Below, one piece after another: positions 1 through 7,971 of a stretch of 32,000 bases of DNA. The notes beneath the pieces are model-generated. The model had not been told where the DNA came from. It did not search any database and worked only from the letters and a program-made list of their open reading frames with translations. The position numbers and the translations under genes were made by a program. Numbering within the stretch: position 1 is the first letter of the stretch; the number at the start of each line of letters is the position of its first letter. Origin of the DNA: Butyricimonas virosa (GTDB taxonomy: Bacteria > Bacteroidota > Bacteroidia > Bacteroidales > Marinifilaceae); contig NZ_CP102269.1 in the NCBI RefSeq assembly GCF_025148635.1, positions 1,302,099 through 1,334,098 on the forward strand, written 5' to 3'.

Positions 1-1720
1 TGAAATCATACACGACACCTTTGTCTTCACTCTCTTCCTTTTTATTCTTTTCTTTCACGGCTGTCTCCACCCGGACAACATCATTTTTAGGAGCGAACAA
101 TACCGGGGCATCCTTTGCCAAAGGCAAGATGTACACCTTATTCATATCATTGTACACGTGATTCCATTCCGTCCGTCCATACGTCGGGGAGAAAGTGCGG
201 GCAGAAACAAACACCAAGTATTTCCCGTCCTCGCTGAAATTCGGCGAACTGGAACCGAACCACCCGTCGGTAACTTGGTGTTTCTCGCCACTTTCAACAT
301 GACACACGATGATGTTATCCATCGTCGTTTCCGGACGAACGTAAGTGATATATTTGCTATCAGGTGACCAGTTGTAGGACGTCATGGAACGGATTCCCGA
401 TTTTTCCACAATCTTCCGGTTCCCGCTTTCCACGTCGGATATATTCAACGTGTTCCCTTTTTCGCTCCAGAGAATTTTCTTGGAATCCGGGGACCATTCA
501 TAATTGAAGATATAACTTTTCAGATTCTTGATCAGTTTCCGTTCTTTTCCCGTCACCACATCCCGGAGATAAATATTGAATTCCCCGTCCTTGTCGGAAA
601 CGTAACTGATGTATTTTCCATCCGGAGACCAACCTGCCTGCATATCGTTAGCACCGGAAGAATTGGTTAAGTTATAGGTAATCCCCTCTTTCACGGGCAA
701 AGAAAAAATATCCCCACGAGCAGCCACGACTACCCTCTCTCCACCGGGAGCAACCGCAATACTCGAAATCTGGCCACTTACATCAGTCAAGGTCGGACGA
801 GAATAAACCTGATCGTTATCAATGTTTATCGTGATCTTGGATTCCTTGCCACTCTGCAAATCATACCCGTAAATATACCCTCCTTGCTCGTACACGATTA
901 ACTTGTCACCAATCGCGGGAAATTTTATATCGTATTCTTTATAAGATGTCAGTTGTTTATCCTCTTTCGTGTTCACGTTGTAGGCGTAAAGATTCATGAT
1001 ATCACCCCGGTCGGATATATAATATATAGTATTCCCGTCCGGGGACCACATCGGGAACACGTCCTGCCGTACGTTGCCGGTAATCCGTTCTGATTTCTTC
1101 GTGTTGAAATCAAACACCCGGATATCATCCGCCATACCACCTTGATAACGTTTCCACGCCCGGAATTCCCGGAAAATATAATTATAAGCTAATTTCTTTC
1201 CATCCGGGGAATAAGAGGCAAAACCGCCATTCTTTAAAGGTATTTCCTCGGACATCCCTCCCTCCACGGGAACCGTGAACAGTTGCCCGGTAAAATCGTT
1301 AAAGGTATATCTCCGGGAACGATAAAGAATCCGTTTACTATCCGGGGTCCAACCGATCACCACGTTGTTCGGACCCATGCGATCTCCCAGATCATCCCGT
1401 TTCAACGTGGCCGTATAAGTCAAGCGACGAGGTTCACCCCCTTCCACGGGGATGACAAATACTTCCGTGTTACCGTCATATTGCCCGGTGAAAGCGATAT
1501 ATTTTCCATCCGGGGAAATACGAGGAAACATCTCGTACCCCACGTGTGAGGTCAACCGACGGGCCGTTCCTCCCCCGGCTGAGACCAGATAAAGATCCCC
1601 GGCATACGAGAATACCAACTTGTTCCCCACGCTATGCGGAAACCTTAATAACCTTGCTTCCCCGGCCTGTACCCACAAACCGGCTAACAACACGCCTAAT
1701 AAAAGAATAAACCTTCTCAT
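1..1720 (-). CDS. Tricorn-type (S41 family) protease homologue: signal peptide plus PD40/TolB-like beta-propeller region. The C-terminal part lies beyond the left window edge.
   Basis: The minus-strand frame is open from the ATG at 1718-1720 to the window edge (codon phase 2..1720). It is absent from the ORF track only because it is truncated. Hand translation begins MRRFILLLGVLLAGLWVQAGEARLLRFPHSVGNKLVFSYAGDLYLVSAGGGTARRLTSHVGYEMFPRISPDGKYIAFTGQYDGNTEVFVIPVEGGEPRRLTY. Repeated SPDGK/WSPDG blades continue to the edge. This N-terminus is typical of Bacteroidota tricorn protease homologues. The protease domain itself is not in the window. Confidence 0.75.
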   Translation of the reverse strand, partial: MRRFILLLGVLLAGLWVQAGEARLLRFPHSVGNKLVFSYAGDLYLVSAGGGTARRLTSHVGYEMFPRISPDGKYIAFTGQYDGNTEVFVIPVEGGEPRRLTYTATLKRDDLGDRMGPNNVVIGWTPDSKRILYRSRRYTFNDFTGQLFTVPVEGGMSEEIPLKNGGFASYSPDGKKLAYNYIFREFRAWKRYQGGMADDIRVFDFNTKKSERITGNVRQDVFPMWSPDGNTIYYISDRGDIMNLYAYNVNTKEDKQLTSYKEYDIKFPAIGDKLIVYEQGGYIYGYDLQSGKESKITINIDNDQVYSRPTLTDVSGQISSIAVAPGGERVVVAARGDIFSLPVKEGITYNLTNSSGANDMQAGWSPDGKYISYVSDKDGEFNIYLRDVVTGKERKLIKNLKSYIFNYEWSPDSKKILWSEKGNTLNISDVESGNRKIVEKSGIRSMTSYNWSPDSKYITYVRPETTMDNIIVCHVESGEKHQVTDGWFGSSSPNFSEDGKYLVFVSARTFSPTYGRTEWNHVYNDMNKVYILPLAKDAPVLFAPKNDVVRVETAVKEKNKKEESEDKGVVYDF

Positions 1721-1724
1721 AAAA

Positions 1725-1787
1725 ATTGAAAATCGAGAATTAAAAATTGGGAATGACCCACTGGATCTTTCATCTAAAATCATAAAT
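1725..1787. repeat. AT-rich 7-nt-phased tract (attgaaa/atcgaga/attaaaa/attggga) plus the 16-mer atctaaaatcataaat (1772-1787)
   Basis: Read directly from the sequence. The 16-mer recurs exactly, in reverse complement, at 5448-5463. The tract lies between the purN stop and the tricorn-like start, and the 16-mer overlaps the purN stop codon. Confidence 0.6.
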
Positions 1788-2349
1788 TATCAAGGACGTC
1801 CTTGATCACACGGGGGAAATGCTCGTATTCCAAGGCATGGACTTTCGTTGCCAGAGTCTCTGGCGTGTCCCCCGGAACGATGTCACATTTGGCCTGAAAA
1901 ATAGTTGTCCCCTCGTCATAATGATTATCCACGTGATGAATCGTAATACCACTTTCCTTTTCCCCGGCAGCGATCACCGCCTCGTGTACTTTCATGCCGT
2001 ACATACCCTTGCCCCCGTAAGAGGGCAACAAGGCCGGATGGATATTAATTACCCGGTCTGGATAAGCGTCGATGATAGCATCCGGCACCTTCCAGAGAAA
2101 ACCCGCCAACACGATCAGATCAATATCCAATCGTTTCAATTCATTCAAAACCAGATCAGAACGAGAGAACTCTTCCCGTCCGAAAACAAATGTCGGCACA
2201 CTTAAACGTTTTGCCCGTTCCAAAACATAGGCATCGGGTTTGTTACAAAACACAATTTTCACGACATTTTCGGTGTCATTTTTAAAATAATTAATGATAT
2301 TTTCAGCGTTAGAACCTGAACCAGAGGCAAATATTGCTATTTTTTTCAT
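1780..2349 (-). CDS. purN: Phosphoribosylglycinamide formyltransferase (GAR transformylase)
   Basis: 189-aa ORF. It starts MKKIAIFASGSGSNAENI and carries the formyltransferase motifs NIHPALLP and ITIHHVDNHYDEG. Confidence 0.93.
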   Translation of the reverse strand: MKKIAIFASGSGSNAENIINYFKNDTENVVKIVFCNKPDAYVLERAKRLSVPTFVFGREEFSRSDLVLNELKRLDIDLIVLAGFLWKVPDAIIDAYPDRVINIHPALLPSYGGKGMYGMKVHEAVIAAGEKESGITIHHVDNHYDEGTTIFQAKCDIVPGDTPETLATKVHALEYEHFPRVIKDVLDNL

Positions 2350-2432
2350 CCTGTAATCTATTAAAAATCAAACGCATAAAGATAAGAAAACTTTATTCAT
2401 GCCAAAAAATTTTCTAGGAAAAATAAATTCTC

Positions 2433-2440
2433 TAACTTTG
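2433..2440 (+). promoter_or_regulatory. Bacteroidota-type -7 promoter box TAACTTTG (TAnnTTTG) upstream of acpP
   Basis: Exact match to the TAnnTTTG consensus, 81 nt upstream of the acpP ATG, in an AT-rich intergenic region. Confidence 0.5.
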
Positions 2441-2462
2441 CCCCCGAACTTAGAGAGTTATG

Positions 2463-2481
2463 TGCGTCTCTTGTAGACGCA
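2463..2481 (+). promoter_or_regulatory. Stem-loop in the predicted acpP 5' leader (tgcgtct-cttgt-agacgca)
   Basis: Perfect 7-bp inverted repeat with a 5-nt loop, about 23 nt downstream of the -7 box. Its function is unknown. Confidence 0.35.
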
Positions 2482-2520
2482 AGTGTGAATTTAAAAAATG
2501 TCTAATTAAAATTTAAAGTT

Positions 2521-2757
2521 ATGTCTGACATTCAAAACAGAGTTAAAGCTATCATTGTTGATAAATTAGGAGTTGACGAAAGTGAAGTTAAACCTGAAGC
2601 AACGTTTACTAACGACTTAGGAGCTGACTCTTTGGATACGGTAGAGTTGATCATGGAATTGGAAAAAGAATTCAACATCACTATTCCGGACGATCAAGCA
2701 GAGAAAATCGCTACCGTGGGCGATGCTATTGCATACGTTGAAGCTAACGCTCAATAA
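2521..2757 (+). CDS. acpP: Acyl carrier protein
   Basis: 78 aa. Contains the phosphopantetheine attachment motif [16 protein letters not shown]. It is followed directly by fabF. Confidence 0.97.
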   Translation: MSDIQNRVKAIIVDKLGVDESEVKPEATFTNDLGADSLDTVELIMELEKEFNITIPDDQAEKIATVGDAIAYVEANAQ

Positions 2758-2772
2758 TTTAATATTTTATCT

Positions 2773-4017
2773 ATGAATTTCAAACGAGTAGTAATAACTG
2801 GTCTTGGAACTATTAATCCCTTGGGTCATAACGTGGCCGAATTTTGGGAGAACTTGAAAGGTGGCGTCAGCGGCGCCGGTCCTATTACTCGTTTTGATGC
2901 ATCTAAATTTCGCACGCAATTCGCTTGCGAAGTTAAAAACTACGAGCCCACGGAATACTTCGACAAGAAGGAAGTCCGTAAAATGGATCTTTACAGCCAA
3001 TTTGCCCTGATTTGTTCCAGGGAGGCCGTGAAAGATGCCGGACTCGATTTCTCGCAAGAGGACAGAAAGAGAATCGGTGTAATCTGGGGTGCAGGTATCG
3101 GTGGTTTGGATACGTTCTACGAAGAATGCAAAACTTTTGCATTAGGAGACGGAACTCCCAGATTCAACCCGTTCTTTATACCCAAGATGATTGCCAACAT
3201 GGGTGGAGCCATGATCGCCATAGAAGAAGGCCTAAAGGGTCCGAACTACACGACGGTTTCAGCCTGCGCATCATCCGCACACTCGTTAGTAGATGCATTA
3301 AATCTGATCCGATTAGGAAAAGCAGACGTGATTCTTGCCGGTGGATCTGAAGCAGCCATTACCCCTCCGGGTGTAGGTGGTTTCAATTCCATGAAAGCTT
3401 TATCCACTCGTAATGATGATCCGAAAACAGCATCACGTCCTTTTGATGCTGACCGTGACGGATTTGTTATCGGCGAAGGCGGTGCTTGCTTAGTCGTAGA
3501 AGAGTACGAACATGCAGTAAAAAGAGGTGCTCACATCTACGCAGAACTTGCGGGAGGCGGAGCCAATTGCGATGCTTACCACATGACAGCCCCGGACCCG
3601 GAGGGAGAAGGTGCAGCTGATGTTATGTTACTCGCATTGGAAGATGCCGGACTAAGCCCGAAAGATGTTGATTATATCAACGTTCACGGAACGTCTACCG
3701 GACTGGGAGATGTGGCAGAACCTAAGGCCATTCAGAGAGCATTTGGTGAACACGCTTATGAACTGAACATCAGTTCCACCAAATCAATGACAGGACATTT
3801 ATTAGGTGCCGCCGGTGCCTTGGAAGCAATCGCTTGTGTTCTGGCTGTGAAAAACAACATTGTACCTCCTACCATTAATTTCAGCAACCTTGATCCGGAA
3901 CTGGATCCCAAGCTGAATTTCACGTTCAACAAGGCTCAAGAGAAAGAAATCAATGTAGCCATCAGTAACACTTTCGGTTTCGGAGGACACAATGCTTGCG
4001 TTGTATTCAAAAAGTAA
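2773..4017 (+). CDS. fabF: 3-oxoacyl-ACP synthase II
   Basis: 414 aa. Active-site Cys context TVSACASSAH, His motifs DAYHMTAP and NVHGTSTGLGD, C-terminal SNTFGFGGHNACVVF. It lies 15 nt downstream of acpP. Confidence 0.95.
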   Translation: MNFKRVVITGLGTINPLGHNVAEFWENLKGGVSGAGPITRFDASKFRTQFACEVKNYEPTEYFDKKEVRKMDLYSQFALICSREAVKDAGLDFSQEDRKRIGVIWGAGIGGLDTFYEECKTFALGDGTPRFNPFFIPKMIANMGGAMIAIEEGLKGPNYTTVSACASSAHSLVDALNLIRLGKADVILAGGSEAAITPPGVGGFNSMKALSTRNDDPKTASRPFDADRDGFVIGEGGACLVVEEYEHAVKRGAHIYAELAGGGANCDAYHMTAPDPEGEGAADVMLLALEDAGLSPKDVDYINVHGTSTGLGDVAEPKAIQRAFGEHAYELNISSTKSMTGHLLGAAGALEAIACVLAVKNNIVPPTINFSNLDPELDPKLNFTFNKAQEKEINVAISNTFGFGGHNACVVFKK

Positions 4018-4040
4018 TCACTAACTAAAATTTTGGGGAA

Positions 4041-4781
4041 GTGATTAGTAAAATAATTCAATCCATAAAACTTTACCTTCACAGGAAGGAAAAGTTTTAT
4101 GGATTGTCTATTTCGGAATGGGGATTTGTTCCCGGTAACAAGGGATTATACACCCTAGCATTGCTACATAAATCGGCGTCCAGATACACGAAAAGCGGAA
4201 CCGTCTTGAATTACGAGCGTCTCGAATTCTTGGGCGATGCCGTGCTGGGAGCTATTGTCGCTGAAATCTTGTACAAATTTTTCCCTAACAAGGACGAGGG
4301 ATTCATGACCCGCTTACGCTCCAAGATCGTGAGCCGCGAATCATTGAATATCATTGCCATCAAAATGGGGTTGAGCGAAGAAGTAATTGCCAAATCGGAT
4401 ATTTCCAAAAACAAACATATCTATGGTGATGTATTCGAGGCTTTTACTGGGGCCATCTACCTAGATCAAGGATACGACAAAACCAAAGCGTTTATCGAGA
4501 ATTACATTTTCCCTCACTACGTGAACTTGGAAGACCTCGTGTACGTTGACAAAAACTACAAGAGCCGCTTGATTGAATGGGCTCAAAAACAAAAGATTGA
4601 CCTGAATATCGAAACGATTGAAAGTAATGCCCGTCGCTCTAAATTCGTCTGCACGATTTCCATCGGTGAAGACATCATGGCTCAAGGCATTGGCGCATCA
4701 AAAAAAGAAGCGGAGCAAAACTCCGCTGAAAAGGTTATCCAAAAACTCCAAGTTGAAGCCCAAGGAGAAATTGAAATCTAA
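4041..4781 (+). CDS. rnc: Ribonuclease III
   Basis: RNase III signature ERLEFLGDAVLG, a second catalytic region GDVFEAFTGAIYLD, and a C-terminal dsRNA-binding motif GIGASKKEAEQNSAEK. The first in-frame start is GTG at 4041, with an in-frame TAA at 4026-4028. Confidence 0.93.
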   Translation: MISKIIQSIKLYLHRKEKFYGLSISEWGFVPGNKGLYTLALLHKSASRYTKSGTVLNYERLEFLGDAVLGAIVAEILYKFFPNKDEGFMTRLRSKIVSRESLNIIAIKMGLSEEVIAKSDISKNKHIYGDVFEAFTGAIYLDQGYDKTKAFIENYIFPHYVNLEDLVYVDKNYKSRLIEWAQKQKIDLNIETIESNARRSKFVCTISIGEDIMAQGIGASKKEAEQNSAEKVIQKLQVEAQGEIEI

Positions 4782-4782
4782 T

Positions 4783-5352
4783 TTATTCTTTCACACGTTC
4801 CACGTAAGTACCATCCTCCGTTTTGATACGGATTTTCTCGCCGGTGTTGATGAAAAGAGGAACCATTACTCTTGCTCCGGTTTCAACCTCTGCCGGTTTC
4901 AATGCCGTAGAAGAAGCGGTATCACCTTTCAATCCCGGTTCCGTGTAAGTTACTTCCAAAACAACAGTCGGCAACAACTCAACGTATAACGGGGTTTCCG
5001 TGTCAGCGTGTACAACCATCTCAACAGCATCACCTTCTTTCAAGAACTGGGGTGCATTGATTAAATCTTTCGCGATAGGAATTTGCTCGAAAGTTTCCGT
5101 GTGCATCATAATATAATCCTCTCCTTCCATGTACAGGAATTGGTACGGGCGTCTCTCAATTCGCACTACATCAATTTTTACCCCTGAAGTAAAGGTATTT
5201 TCCAAGGTACGACCGGTTTTGATGTTCTGCATTTTTGTTCTCACGAAAGCGGGACCTTTACCGGGTTTCACGTGTTGAAACTGTACAATTCTGTATAAAT
5301 CGTCTTTGAAAACGATACATAATCCATTTCTAAAATCAGCCGTTGTTGCCAT
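4783..5352 (-). CDS. efp: Translation elongation factor P
   Basis: 189 aa. [48 protein letters not shown] matches the EF-P N-terminal domain, including the KPGKG loop. Confidence 0.96.
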   Translation of the reverse strand: MATTADFRNGLCIVFKDDLYRIVQFQHVKPGKGPAFVRTKMQNIKTGRTLENTFTSGVKIDVVRIERRPYQFLYMEGEDYIMMHTETFEQIPIAKDLINAPQFLKEGDAVEMVVHADTETPLYVELLPTVVLEVTYTEPGLKGDTASSTALKPAEVETGARVMVPLFINTGEKIRIKTEDGTYVERVKE

Positions 5353-5392
5353 TTATTTTATTTTTTTAAATTTAATATTTTCATTGAGGGTG

Positions 5393-5400
5393 CAAAGATA
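5393..5400 (-). promoter_or_regulatory. -7 promoter box TATCTTTG (minus strand) upstream of efp
   Basis: The reverse complement of caaagata is TATCTTTG, an exact TAnnTTTG match 41 nt upstream of the efp ATG. Confidence 0.5.
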
Positions 5401-5436
5401 AGGAAATCAGCACAAATCACCAAATACATATAAATT

Positions 5437-5464
5437 TTAGATTTATGATTTATGATTTTAGATT
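5437..5464. repeat. Tandem heptamers ttagatt-tatgatt-tatgatt-ttagatt
   Basis: Read directly from the sequence. Four contiguous 7-nt units. The tract contains the reverse complement of the 16-mer found at 1772-1787. Confidence 0.7.
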
Positions 5465-5546
5465 CTAATCACCCCAAATTCCGTCTCCGCAAAATACAGA
5501 TATAACAGGATCAAGTAGCAAACTTGTAATTTGCCGAAGGCAATTC

Positions 5547-6428
5547 TCATCGCCACAACCGATAATAAACTCCTAACGGCAACGACTTCCCGTATGAATC
5601 GGTAAAATACAACTCTCCGAATTGTTCCCCGGTACAATCTCCGACTAGCTGTCGCACGATACTTCGGGCTAACAGTGCGGAAAGTCCCATGGAATACAGG
5701 TTAAGCACAAGGAAACTATTGGAACCTTCCAACAATTGCCCACACAAGGTAATCAACTCGTTAATATTTTCTTCCAACACCCATTTCTCGCCATTCGCCC
5801 CACGCCCATAAGCCGGAGGATCTAAAATAATCCCATTGTACTTTTTCCCCCGACGCACTTCCCGTTGCACGAATTTTAGAGCGTCATCCACGATCCAGCG
5901 AATCCCATCCAAGCCGGAAACCTCCATATTCTCTCTCGCCCAAGAAACGACAGGTTTCACCGAATCCACATGAGTTACATCCGCACCCGCACTCTTCGCA
6001 GCAAGGGTGGCACCTCCCGTGTAAGCAAATAAATTCAACACTTTCGCTCCCGTACCAATTCGTTTTACCTGATCCGATATAAAATTCCAGTTCTCGGCCT
6101 GTTCCGGAAATACCCCCACGTGTTTGAAAGAGGTTAATCCCAACCGCATCCGGATATTCATATCTCCATACCGGTAATTCACGAACCATTGCTGCGACAT
6201 TTTAGGCTTACAAATCCACTCGCCCCGGTCTTCGCTCTTCTTGTCCTTCTTGAAATAAGCATCGGCCCGTTGCTGCCATTCCGCATCGGAAAGCGATTTA
6301 TTCCATATCGCCTGTGGTTCCGGTCGAGCAATCACGTAACGTCCGAAGCGTTCCAATTTCTCGAAAGCACCACTATCAATTAACTCGTAATCTGTCCAGC
6401 ATGAAGGGCTTAATAATTTTATATCCAT
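5547..6428 (-). CDS. Class I SAM-dependent methyltransferase, RlmI/RlmK-like (probable rRNA methyltransferase)
   Basis: 293 aa. SAM-binding motif VLNLFAYTGGATLAAK and catalytic-loop motif ILDPPAYG, as in large-subunit rRNA methyltransferases. The exact substrate cannot be inferred. Confidence 0.7.
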   Translation of the reverse strand: MDIKLLSPSCWTDYELIDSGAFEKLERFGRYVIARPEPQAIWNKSLSDAEWQQRADAYFKKDKKSEDRGEWICKPKMSQQWFVNYRYGDMNIRMRLGLTSFKHVGVFPEQAENWNFISDQVKRIGTGAKVLNLFAYTGGATLAAKSAGADVTHVDSVKPVVSWARENMEVSGLDGIRWIVDDALKFVQREVRRGKKYNGIILDPPAYGRGANGEKWVLEENINELITLCGQLLEGSNSFLVLNLYSMGLSALLARSIVRQLVGDCTGEQFGELYFTDSYGKSLPLGVYYRLWR

Positions 6429-6460
6429 CTATATCTTCTTTATTAATCAATACAGCAAAA

Positions 6461-7147
6461 CTACAAAACTTTTCGTTTGGGCACGGTAGCCACAAAATCT
6501 TTCAAATAAAACGGTTCAAAATAGGCTACATCTTCAAATTTTCCAATTTCAAATTGTTGTTGAGCAAGCCCAATCATGTTTGCCGCAGAAGTCGAGACCC
6601 CGTTAATGAACACGGCATTCGGATGTTTCAAGACTTCTTTCACTTTATCACTCCCGTTCCCAAAGAATAACACCTTTCGGGCGGATAATAAATCAGCAAA
6701 AGGATTTTCTTCAATCACTTCAGCGTGAATATCCCGCACGACATTTCCTTCCCGATCATATATTGCCGTATAGACTTCCATGCGACGAGCATCAATCATA
6801 GGACAATAAAAAAACTCTTCGCCCTCTCTTTGAGCCACGGCGTTTGCCAGTGCGGCCAACGTACTAACGGCAATCAAGGGTTTCCCGGCACCAAAACATA
6901 TTCCTTTAGCTAAAGAAACCCCGATGCGCAAGCCCGTGTAGGAACCGGGTCCCATACTCACGGCCACGGCATCCAGATCATTCGCCGTCAAGTCGTTCTC
7001 CTTTAATAAATCATCCACGTACACACCCAGCAAAGTAGAATGATTAAATCCCTCGTCATTCTCTTTTAAAGCAATCAAGTTTCCATCCCGGGCAATCGCC
7101 ACGGAACATACATCTGTTGAAGTATCTATATTTAAAATAAGAGCCAT
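6461..7147 (-). CDS. tsaB: tRNA t6A37 threonylcarbamoyl-transfer complex dimerisation subunit TsaB (YeaZ)
   Basis: 228 aa. ILNIDTSTDVCSVAI and GPGSYTGLRIG motifs of the TsaB/YeaZ family. Confidence 0.9.
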   Translation of the reverse strand: MALILNIDTSTDVCSVAIARDGNLIALKENDEGFNHSTLLGVYVDDLLKENDLTANDLDAVAVSMGPGSYTGLRIGVSLAKGICFGAGKPLIAVSTLAALANAVAQREGEEFFYCPMIDARRMEVYTAIYDREGNVVRDIHAEVIEENPFADLLSARKVLFFGNGSDKVKEVLKHPNAVFINGVSTSAANMIGLAQQQFEIGKFEDVAYFEPFYLKDFVATVPKRKVL

Positions 7148-7154
7148 AATACAA

Positions 7155-7182
7155 TTGAAAATTGAAAATTGAAAATTGAAAA
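7155..7182. repeat. Perfect (TTGAAAA)x4 tandem heptamer repeat
   Basis: Read directly from the sequence. It lies 8 nt upstream of the tsaB start codon, between tsaC and tsaB. Confidence 0.9.
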
Positions 7183-7216
7183 TGTGGGGACACTTTCGAC
7201 TTCAATCTTCGGGTTA

Positions 7217-7792
7217 TTACTTTCTGATGATTTGAATCTTGCCACCAACATCTAGTTTGATAATACTGGAGGGAGCGGGATTCGTTGTTTCTTCCTGGCG
7301 GAAATCTACCACGTAATCAACAGCGGCTTTCACGACCTCACTGATCTCGGCAAAACACCGGGGAGAAGGTTCCCCGCTGATGTTGGCTGACGTCGAGACA
7401 ATGGGTTTACGGAAACGGTAAAGCAAGGCTTTCGTGAAAGTTTCCGAGGTAATCCGGATGCCGATAGTCTGATCTTGGGCAATCAGATTCTTCGCCAGAT
7501 TCTTCGCATTCGGGTAAATGATTGTCATGGGTTTATCGTTCACTTCCAGCAGCTCGTAAGCCACGTCCGGAACCTCCACGTAGGATGCAAGCTTACCCAC
7601 GTCGTCCAATAATACTAACATGGCCTTACTGTCCTCCCGGAGTTTCAGCTCGTACACCCGTTTCACGGCTACCTCGTTCGTGGCGTCACACCCAATGCCC
7701 CATATTGTGTCTGTGGGATAAAGAATTATCCCCCCATTTTTAAGAATTTCGCAAGCCTTACGAACTTCTTCCTTTAACTTTTCATCATTCAT
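7217..7792 (-). CDS. tsaC: L-threonylcarbamoyladenylate synthase (YrdC/TsaC type)
   Basis: 191 aa, single YrdC domain. Motifs ILYPTDTIWGIGCDA and STSANISG. Confidence 0.9.
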   Translation of the reverse strand: MNDEKLKEEVRKACEILKNGGIILYPTDTIWGIGCDATNEVAVKRVYELKLREDSKAMLVLLDDVGKLASYVEVPDVAYELLEVNDKPMTIIYPNAKNLAKNLIAQDQTIGIRITSETFTKALLYRFRKPIVSTSANISGEPSPRCFAEISEVVKAAVDYVVDFRQEETTNPAPSSIIKLDVGGKIQIIRK

Positions 7793-7923
7793 TATAAGTC
7801 ATCTATAATGGGGACGAAAATACAAAGTTTACGGCAGGATGTCAATTTTTAAGGTATCTATTTTTATTCTTCCAAACTTTCATTCAAAATGTCAAGATAA
7901 TATCTATATAGTTATAATTTCAT

Positions 7924-7931
7924 TATATTTG
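7924..7931 (+). promoter_or_regulatory. -7 promoter box TATATTTG upstream of the AraC-type regulator gene
   Basis: Exact TAnnTTTG match, 41 nt upstream of the ATG at 7972. Confidence 0.45.
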
Positions 7932-7971
7932 TCCCATAAAATAAAAGGACGGTGTCTCAAATTCTAGGAAT

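Noticed and set aside
158-1805. Plus-strand ORFs 158-367, 1283-1549 and 1620-1805 from the ORF track
   Set aside because: They lie antisense to a continuous 573-codon minus-strand frame with clear protease/propeller homology. Their translations are low-complexity and Arg/Pro-rich, as is typical of shadow ORFs.
5512-5545. Small hairpin ttgcc-gaa-ggcaa just downstream of the methyltransferase stop, as a terminator
   Set aside because: It is a 5-bp stem with a 3-nt loop and has no U-tract on the transcribed strand, so it is not convincing.
7155-7182. Tandem heptamers here and at 13635-13718 as a CRISPR-like array
   Set aside because: The units are 7-14 nt and contiguous, with no unique spacers, and no cas genes are present. 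These are simple-sequence repeats.
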